NCBI GenBank assembly: GCA_022561215.1
Contig: JADFRQ010000002.1
Span: forward strand, 5,594 to 69,593
DNA from: Chloroflexota bacterium
Lineage (GTDB): Bacteria > Chloroflexota > Anaerolineae > Anaerolineales > E44-bin32
Reading direction: 5' to 3'
DNA: 64,000 nt
Positions 43,737 through 50,482 of the stretch are shown piece after piece. Under the pieces are notes generated by a model. That model was not told where the DNA came from and made no database searches. It worked only from the letters and a program-made list of their open reading frames with translations. The position numbers and the translations under genes are program-made. Position 1 is the first letter of the stretch, and every line of letters starts with the position of its first letter.

Positions 43737-45086
43737 CTATGGCGCCCACACAAACGGCGGGTGGACCCCCACTTCAAAGACATCCTCTGAAGCGATCCAT
43801 TCTGCATTGACCTTGAAGACCGCTAGCGCTTCGCCGGTGGCGCAGTCGCCGCGGTATTCAACCCCAGGCTGCAGCTCCTTGGGGCCACAGTCGAGGACGC
43901 CGGTGACACCGTCAAAGCCGGAGGTGGCTTCGACCGCATCCCGCAGCGCCTGACGGCCGATGTGGACTGTGCCATCCGCATCCACGACGGCAACTGCCTC
44001 CATGGCATCCATCAGGATGTTGATCCCGTCATAGGCGTGCTCGCCGAACGGTCCCGGGGGCAACGCGCCATGCATAGCCACATATGCGTCCATGAGTGCG
44101 GCTTGTTTCGACCCGGTCACGTTGGGACCGGAAAGATACATTCCCAATGCAGCCTCCCCTGCTGAAGGCGCGAAAGGCGACACGAGCAAACCATCCGCGG
44201 CGAACAGGATTGTGTCCTCCAGACCCGGCACTTCCACCGACTGAGCGACGATGAAATCGCCCTCTGGCTGGAAGACGGGGAAGAAAAGCACGTCCGGGGA
44301 GTCGACGGCGATGGTTGTCAGCACGGGCCGCATATCCAGATCGCCCTTGTTGACGGCTTCCGTCGATGTCACCGTCCCTCCTAGTTTCGCGAAGTTATCG
44401 GTGAATGCTGCGGCGAGGCCCTGTGTATAGGGATCACCGTCGTGGATGGCAGCCGCCGTCCGCGCACCTAGCTCATCGTAAGCGAACTGCGCCGCCATGG
44501 CGCCCTGAAACAAATCGTTATGCGCGGTGCGGAAGTAGCCTGGCTCCCATGTCTGGCCGGGATCGGTCAAGGCGGGAGAGGTGTTGGAAGGCGATATGAT
44601 CGTCAGGCCCGCCCCGCTGATCGTCGACATGGCCGCGGTCATTGCACTGGAACATGTGGTTCCAATGACCCCGACAATGGTGGGATCGGCGGCAATCCTC
44701 TGCGCAGCCGTCGCACCACCCTCGGCGCCGCATCCAGTTTCCTCACCCGTTAGCAGGATATCATGCCCGAGAAGTTGGCCGCCGCGTTCTTCGATGGCGA
44801 TTTCCATCGTACCAATGGCGGATTCACCATAGATTGAGGCCCCGCCTGTAATAGGCAGCATCCATCCGATATGGATCGGATCGTCGGGTGCGATGTCCAG
44901 ACAGCCAAGATCGTCAGTACAGACGAACTCCTCGACAACTGGAACATCGGTTGGCTCCTCAACTGCTGGAGCGTCAGTTGGCTGGTCAACCGCTGGGGGT
45001 TCATCAGTAGCTGTTGCTCCGCATGCGGAGAGGGTCATGGCCGCAATTACAAGTAGCCCAACAAGGGCAAATGTCTTTCGATGCAT
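43737..45086 (-). CDS. livK: Amino-acid ABC transporter substrate-binding lipoprotein (LivK-like), second copy
   Basis: It has lipobox MTLSAC and a repetitive P/T/E/V linker (DEPPAVDQPTDAPAVEEPTDVPVVEE). A type I PBP core follows, and GGAGGAG precedes the ATG. Confidence 0.85.
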   Translation of the reverse strand: MHRKTFALVGLLVIAAMTLSACGATATDEPPAVDQPTDAPAVEEPTDVPVVEEFVCTDDLGCLDIAPDDPIHIGWMLPITGGASIYGESAIGTMEIAIEERGGQLLGHDILLTGEETGCGAEGGATAAQRIAADPTIVGVIGTTCSSAMTAAMSTISGAGLTIISPSNTSPALTDPGQTWEPGYFRTAHNDLFQGAMAAQFAYDELGARTAAAIHDGDPYTQGLAAAFTDNFAKLGGTVTSTEAVNKGDLDMRPVLTTIAVDSPDVLFFPVFQPEGDFIVAQSVEVPGLEDTILFAADGLLVSPFAPSAGEAALGMYLSGPNVTGSKQAALMDAYVAMHGALPPGPFGEHAYDGINILMDAMEAVAVVDADGTVHIGRQALRDAVEATSGFDGVTGVLDCGPKELQPGVEYRGDCATGEALAVFKVNAEWIASEDVFEVGVHPPFVWAP

Positions 45087-46077
45087 CTCTACGTCTCCTC
45101 CTCACTTAGATAATAGATTCGCAAGTTCCTATTCATTTGATGGGTCTTTTACAAGCTTAGGCTATATATTGTGCGATAGTCACTCTTCCTTTCTTATCCG
45201 ATAATCCTGGCAGGGGGCTGAAACATTGCGAGGCCGCTCGATCCCGAGCAGAGACCAATCGTTGTTTCATCTGAATCGCGCCCCAGCGAACCACCTGCGG
45301 AGCGAGACCCCTGTATAACGGCTGTAGGACTAAGAGGGCATGCTAGCATTATTTCAAGCATTCGTCAAGAAGCCAAAATTAGGAAAAATTAGTGTAATTA
45401 GACCAGAGAATTTCACTACATGATGCCGGCCTCTTCCGACTGGCGCATCGATGCGAATTGAGATTTCACTCCCGATTGGAGGACTCGCCGCGGAGGCACA
45501 GACGTGTACGACAGAGCAGTCCCCTCGTGAGCAAGGGGAGATCGCGTCGCTTGCTTTCGGCTTATTTACCGGAGAATGGCAAGCGAGGGTATGGGGCCGG
45601 CAGCCCCTATATTGGGCTTTGTCCTAAGAGGAAGCCCCACAGCAAGCTGCGGGGTTCTTCAACCAGATGTCAACATTCCAGGGGATTTGTCGCGCCCAGC
45701 AAAGCTCAAGGGAGCTCGTCCGGTCAGAGTAGGGACCAAGCCCGGCCTGTAGCACACACCCGGCCTAAATAGTAATCGGAACGTCTGCATGTTGGAACAC
45801 TCCACCGGGTTCTGCATCAATCCTTTTCCCTTGGTTCGCGAGCCTTTCAGGCAGCAAAATCTAGAGCCTATGTGTGCGGAGATCGCGCGATTGAAGGCGG
45901 GGGTGGTTCGCGCTTAGTCATGTGGTTGGCTGGGCGATATTTACATCGATTCATAGCTCCGCTACACGTAATCAGGCCGCAGCATGGTTGCTGGACTTGA
46001 CCTTCTGTTGGGGAGCAGCTAGGATGCCGCTCGAACCCGACGGTACGAAAAGCTTACCGGGGATTGAATAATCTCTA

Positions 46078-46923
46078 TTATCCGTCATCCGCAAGTGTGC
46101 CCCTTTTCTTCCCCTCCCCCAAACTAACGGAGCGCTGGTAGGCAGCCCATACGGCGCGTGAAAGTGCCGTTCGAAATCCCGCACGTTCAAGAAAATACAA
46201 TGCTTCCGCCGAAGTCCCTCCGGGTGAGGTCACCTGATTACGCAACCTGGCAAAATGATCAGGTGATTGACGAATGTATTCCGCCGAGCCACGCACAGTC
46301 TGCAAAACCAGTTTCTCAGCCATGTATCGCGGGAAGCCAAGGTGCACCCCTGCATCGACCAGCGCTTCCATAAAGAGAAAGACATAGGCTGGACCCGTCC
46401 CAGAGAGCGCGGTCGCCATGTCAAGGAAATCCTCATGTTCAACATATAACTCTTCGCCCAACGCCTCCAGTATTGTGCGCGCCTGCTCGAGCTGCTCCTC
46501 ACGAACACCACCGGAAGCCGTCCAAACGGTGATTCCCTCGCCAATTTGTGCAGGTGTGTTGGGCATTGAGCGAACCACCCCGCGATGGTTTAGCTTTTTT
46601 TCGATCTTTCCGATCCTGGCCCCCGCGATGATCGACAGCACCAACGCATCCTCTGCAACGGCCCCCTGCAACTCGGAGAGCACTTGTTCAAGCACTTGCG
46701 GCTTGATTGAAAGAACAACGATGTTCGCTTTGTCTGCAGCAATTTTATTGTTGGTTTCGACACTTATGGCATACTTCTGCGACAGATATTCCCCGCGTTC
46801 GAGCCTTGGTCCGGACGCCACAATTTGCTCCCGGGTGGCTGTTTTATCATGCAGCAACCCCTTGATCATTGCTTCACCCATAATCCCTGAGCCAATAAAT
46901 GCAATCCTCTTAACTTTAAGCAT
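46078..46923 (-). CDS. proC: Pyrroline-5-carboxylate reductase
   Basis: It carries IAFIGSGIMGEAMIKGLL (NADP fold) and C-terminal VTSPGGTSAEAL. A TATAAT lies 27 nt upstream of the ATG on the minus strand (forward 46951-46956). Confidence 0.9.
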   Translation of the reverse strand: MLKVKRIAFIGSGIMGEAMIKGLLHDKTATREQIVASGPRLERGEYLSQKYAISVETNNKIAADKANIVVLSIKPQVLEQVLSELQGAVAEDALVLSIIAGARIGKIEKKLNHRGVVRSMPNTPAQIGEGITVWTASGGVREEQLEQARTILEALGEELYVEHEDFLDMATALSGTGPAYVFLFMEALVDAGVHLGFPRYMAEKLVLQTVRGSAEYIRQSPDHFARLRNQVTSPGGTSAEALYFLERAGFRTALSRAVWAAYQRSVSLGEGKKRGTLADDG

Positions 46924-47126
46924 GCGGCATCCCCATTGAAGTATCGGGGAATTATAGGGAGCAAAATTGGCACGGTCAAGGAAAGGTGCATTGCACTTTC
47001 CGAGTGTGTTGCACCTGTTTTAGAATGAGAGGATTCCTTCAGGCGAAATTTGCACTCGGAACCAGTGGAAGGTGTATGAACTTTCAATTCACCTTAACTT
47101 GCGTAAGGTACTAACGCCAGAGCGTA

Positions 47127-47148
47127 GGTCAGGTTTCAATGCCTGACC
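47127..47148. other. 7-bp-stem hairpin in the proC/cinA divergent intergenic region
   Basis: The hairpin is GGTCAGG-tttcaatg-CCTGACC. Confidence 0.4.
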
Positions 47149-47195
47149 GGACACCTGAGGGACTTGAAACATCGTCCTTGGAGATTCTCCTTAAG

Positions 47196-47234
47196 GATTC
47201 CTCTCTCGATCCTCTGGTTCTCGCTCGGAATGAC
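47196..47234 (-). repeat. GTCATTC...GAGGAATC hairpin repeat, copy C (minus orientation)
   Basis: The reverse complement reads gtcattccgagcgagaaccagaggatcgagagaggaatc. Confidence 0.65.
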
Positions 47235-47483
47235 GTATGCTCGAATAGATCCTTCCCTGGATCACAGGTAAGGATTCTGGTGTTCTCGTTCTGTGGCAAG
47301 CGACGGCAGAGGCGATTTTTCCAACCCTACACGAACTTTCAGGTGCATTGCATTTTTCAAGTGTCTTGCACCTCCTAATGGGTTCGTAAACGGCCCCGAA
47401 GAATTTAGCCGATGGCAAATCGTTCGCTGCCGAAATCGCAGTTCGCAATTTACCACCAAGCATCACAATCTATCCCTAGAACT

Positions 47484-47519
47484 AACCTCCCGGAGGTTCT
47501 TAAATCCTCCGGGAGGTTT
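47484..47519. repeat. Pair of CCTCC(C/G)GGAGG palindromes
   Basis: The sequence is AACCTCCCGGAGGTT-cttaaat-CCTCCGGGAGGTTT. Related copies occur at 1926-1938 (ccctcccggaggg) and 62754-62766 (tctccgggaggttt). Confidence 0.6.
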
Positions 47520-47635
47520 AACGCCCCGGTTTTCCACAAGGTCTGTGCTAAACTCTGTTGGTGAATTTCCGGGAGCCTCTTGCTGGTTCCATTATGGATC
47601 GCCGGGCAAGATCTCCTGCATGAGGGCGAGAAGCT

Positions 47636-48781
47636 GTGGAAGCAGAAATCATTACCATTGGCACCGAATTACTTTTGGGCGAAATTGTGGATGCGAATTC
47701 GCGGACAATCGCCCGCGCGCTGAGGGAAATCGGGCTCGACCTCTATCGCACGACGACAGTTGGGGATAACGTAGAGAGGATTGCCCAAGTCGTGAAAGAG
47801 AGCGCAGAGCGGGCACAAGCCGTAATCACAACCGGCGGTTTGGGCCCCACCGTCGATGATCCCACGCGCGAAGCGATGTCAATCGCATTTTCATCTCCGC
47901 TCGAATTCAAACCCGAATTGTGGGAAGAGATTATTGAACGATTTTCAAGATATGGCACTGTGCCTAGCGAAAACAATAAACAGCAAGCATTCATACCCAG
48001 GGGAGCGATCGTTATTTCCAATCCTGTTGGGACGGCTCCGGCGTTCATTATCGAGACTCCTAGCTCCGTCGTAATCGCGCTGCCTGGAGTCCCTGCAGAG
48101 CTTGCTGTTCTCTTGGAATCAGATGTGATTCCCTATCTGCGCAAGAAATTAAAGCTACGCCAGATAATTAAGACACGTATCCTGCGAACCGCTGGAATTG
48201 GCGAATCCTGGCTCGATAATAAGATCGAGGATCTAGAGCGCATGAGCAACCCCACGGTTGGGCTAGCTGCGCATCCGGGCCTTGTTGATATCCGCATTAC
48301 GGCAAAAGGGCCAAACTCGGCAGCAGTCGACGAAATGATCTGGAAAATGGAAGCTACAATCCGCCAGAGATTAGGGGACCATATCTATGCATCCGATCAA
48401 ACCGCCCTCGAGGATGTCATTATCGAGCAACTAGAAGAGAAAGGATGGAAGCTCTTGTTCTTTGAATTGGGAACCAATGCCGTACTCGAAAAATCATTCG
48501 CCGGACGAGATTCCCAGTTCAGAAAGTATGCCGAGATTGATCCCGCGCTGAATGTTAAAGAACTTCCCAAATTGATCCAAGAAACAATCGAAGATCAACA
48601 ATTTGAAGTGGGGTTGGGGATTCATCTCAGCCAGAACGATCAACAACAATTTGCGGAGATTTTCATCCACCTACCCGACGAAGTCAAACATATTTCGAAA
48701 ACCTACGGCGGACCAAGAGAAAATGCCCCGAAATGGGCGGCGGCTCTTGCGTTATCAAGCTTGCGCAGAAAATTGCATTGA
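47636..48781 (+). CDS. cinA: CinA-like protein (MoCF-binding N-domain; C-terminal PncC-like domain appears degenerate)
   Basis: A GTG start precedes EAEIITIGTELLLGEIVDANSRTIARALREIGLDLYRTTTVGDNVERI..ITTGGLGPTVDDPTREA. The C-terminal 128 aa read FFELGTNA where the conserved AESCTGG box is expected. They also lack the G-I-A-G-P box. Confidence 0.78.
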   Translation: MEAEIITIGTELLLGEIVDANSRTIARALREIGLDLYRTTTVGDNVERIAQVVKESAERAQAVITTGGLGPTVDDPTREAMSIAFSSPLEFKPELWEEIIERFSRYGTVPSENNKQQAFIPRGAIVISNPVGTAPAFIIETPSSVVIALPGVPAELAVLLESDVIPYLRKKLKLRQIIKTRILRTAGIGESWLDNKIEDLERMSNPTVGLAAHPGLVDIRITAKGPNSAAVDEMIWKMEATIRQRLGDHIYASDQTALEDVIIEQLEEKGWKLLFFELGTNAVLEKSFAGRDSQFRKYAEIDPALNVKELPKLIQETIEDQQFEVGLGIHLSQNDQQQFAEIFIHLPDEVKHISKTYGGPRENAPKWAAALALSSLRRKLH

Positions 48782-48806
48782 CAAAGATTTTGCGCGTTCA
48801 TATAAT
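48778..48806 (+). promoter_or_regulatory. Consensus sigma-70 promoter for tRNA-Gly
   Basis: TTGACA (48778-48783) is followed by a 17-nt spacer and TATAAT (48801-48806). The tRNA 5' end at 48819 lies 12 nt downstream of the -10 box. The -35 hexamer overlaps the cinA stop codon. Confidence 0.65.
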
Positions 48807-48818
48807 CGAATGGTCTCA

Positions 48819-48890
48819 GCGGGCATGGCTCAGTGGTAGAGCGTCTGCTTCCCAAGCAGAATGTCGCGGGTTCGAATCCCGCTGCCCGCT
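48819..48890 (+). tRNA. tRNA-Gly (anticodon CCC)
   Basis: I folded the cloverleaf by hand. The acceptor is GCGGGCA/TGCCCGC and the D arm is GCTC-AGTGGTA-GAGC. The anticodon arm is TCTGC-TTCCCAA-GCAGA, the variable loop is ATGTC, the T arm is GCGGG-TTCGAAT-CCCGC and the discriminator is T. The 3' CCA is not fully encoded (tCCt). Confidence 0.93.
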
Positions 48891-48924
48891 CCTTGAGCAA
48901 GCGCGCCGATTCACCCTCTGTTAG

Positions 48925-48952
48925 GCCTCCGTACAGGAGGCTTCCACTCTTT
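48925..48952 (+). terminator. Candidate intrinsic terminator after tRNA-Gly
   Basis: A GCCTCC-gtaca-GGAGGC hairpin is followed by ttccactctttc. Confidence 0.45.
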
Positions 48953-49122
48953 CAAAATAATGTGTCATGAGAATGAGCGCAGGAACAACCTCTCACAGAT
49001 AAATTTGCTGTCGATTTTTCGAACCACTATTCGTTCTATTAGTAGAACCAGTCGATCGGACTGGAATTCAGAAAATGCTCGAAGCTCCCCTGGTTGCAGA
49101 GCAAATATTTCGCGAAGAATAG

Positions 49123-49494
49123 GGCCGAGTAGTTACAACCTTGGTCAGCATTTTTCGTGAATTTGACCTCGCGGATGAGCCCATTCGCCTTGGGCGAATA
49201 CTCGCCGAATTAATGCCGGATGAACCCGAAATTCTTGTTCTTTTGGCAATGATGCTTTTGCATGATTCTCGAAGGGATGCGCCGCGTATCGTCTTTCGGA
49301 ATACCTCTCCTGTTAGAAGATCAGGGTCGCAATCTATGGGATCGCAATTCGAGAATCAAAGGCCTGATCTCGAATGTGAGGCACCCTTCCAATTATCCAT
49401 ATTCTTCTATATACGCGAAGGAACGGGGACGAGGATTCGTGGTTACCATCAACCTGAAGCTCAACGTCGCCCAGAAATAGAAAAAGCCTCCTGA
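49123..49494 (+). pseudogene. Decayed fragment of a COG4941-type ECF sigma factor C-terminal domain (frameshifted, N-terminal sigma regions missing)
   Basis: Frame 1 reads VSIFREFDLADEPIRLGRILAELMPDEPEILVLLAMMLLHDSRRDAP. The homologous continuation IPLLLEDQGRNLWDRNSRIKGL sits in another frame (ORF 49262-49480). Both pieces match my memory of the ..A.RLAR.L..L.PDEPEV.GLLALMLLH.ARR..R......L.L.DQDR.LWD motif. No sigma region 2 or 4 is present upstream. Confidence 0.4.
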
Positions 49495-49592
49495 CTACTG
49501 CAGCAGGCCTCTCCGTATTGTTTAGGATCTACTAGCCTTGGGAAACGACAAACAACTCAATTAAGTGAGGTGGATCGATTGAATAGCTTCCC

Positions 49593-49877
49593 CTAACCCA
49601 TCCCTTGTTGCTCAATTTCTTGAATTCTTCTTCCAATCGCCCACGACTGTCTGCGGGAATGGTCCATGAGAATCACATAATAAGCCGAATTTTTTGGATC
49701 AGATGATAATAACTGAAAATAATGATCGATCATTTGTGTAAATCGGTGCTTTGAAAGTATTAATTGTTCCTTTGTCATTTCCAATCTCCCTTTACCGGAT
49801 CCAAGTTCGCTCAACGGAGTTTCCCCATTATAAGGATTGGCATCATTTCGAATTACCATTAACAATCTCCATTTCAT
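49593..49877 (-). CDS. Hypothetical small protein
   Basis: A 94-aa ORF, possibly 61 aa from the internal MTKEQLIL. No motif was recognised and coding status is uncertain. Confidence 0.3.
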   Translation of the reverse strand: MKWRLLMVIRNDANPYNGETPLSELGSGKGRLEMTKEQLILSKHRFTQMIDHYFQLLSSDPKNSAYYVILMDHSRRQSWAIGRRIQEIEQQGMG

Positions 49878-49993
49878 TATCTACAACGAAAAAATATGGG
49901 ATGCGTTACAGCGAATGCCGGTAACATCTAAAACCAATTTGTGAATAGATCGTAAGGAATCATCGAGGCGCAAGTTCACCGACATCTTTTGCT

Positions 49994-50479
49994 ATGCCGT
50001 GGGAATCTTGCCTGCATACGAGCAGTTTAATATATAATATCTGTCAATTCTCTGGGAGTAACCAACGCACAGTGTCCTCAAAAATAGAAAACGTCACCAT
50101 CCTCATCGTGGAGGACAACGTATCCAATTTTGTGTTGATGGCGCGCATGCTTGGACACATGGGTCTGCAGTGTGAATGGAAGACCTCCGGTCATGAGGTC
50201 GTTGAATATGCCGATACACTTGGGCGCGTCGACCTTATTCTAATGGACATTCGCCTCCCCTATGAAGATGGCTATCAAGCTCTTCAAAAACTTCGTGGTC
50301 ATGAACGATTAATGAATGTTCCCGTTGTCGCGGTGACCGCCTATGCAAGTGAGGATCAGATGCGACGTGCAGAAAAAGAGGGCTTTGACGGATTTGTGGG
50401 CAAACCCCTCAATCCCGACCGTTTCCCGGACCAGATTCGACGAATGCTGAACGGGGTTCCGGTTTGGGAGATTGAATAA
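49994..50479 (+). CDS. Single-domain response regulator (CheY-like receiver)
   Basis: The sequence ILIVEDNVSNFVLMARML..VDLILMDIRLPYEDGYQALQKLR..VPVVAVTAYA..GFDGFVGKPL retains all canonical receiver positions. The true start is probably downstream of the track ATG (for example GTG 50072). Confidence 0.85.
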   Translation: MPWESCLHTSSLIYNICQFSGSNQRTVSSKIENVTILIVEDNVSNFVLMARMLGHMGLQCEWKTSGHEVVEYADTLGRVDLILMDIRLPYEDGYQALQKLRGHERLMNVPVVAVTAYASEDQMRRAEKEGFDGFVGKPLNPDRFPDQIRRMLNGVPVWEIE

Positions 50480-50482
50480 TCC

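Noticed and set aside
45458-45772. A 104-aa ORF inside the 1-kb gap.
   Set aside because: It is an Arg/Ser/Gly-rich translation typical of out-of-frame or non-coding GC-rich DNA. It has no SD and no motif. The region is reported instead as a candidate RNA or decayed-gene locus.
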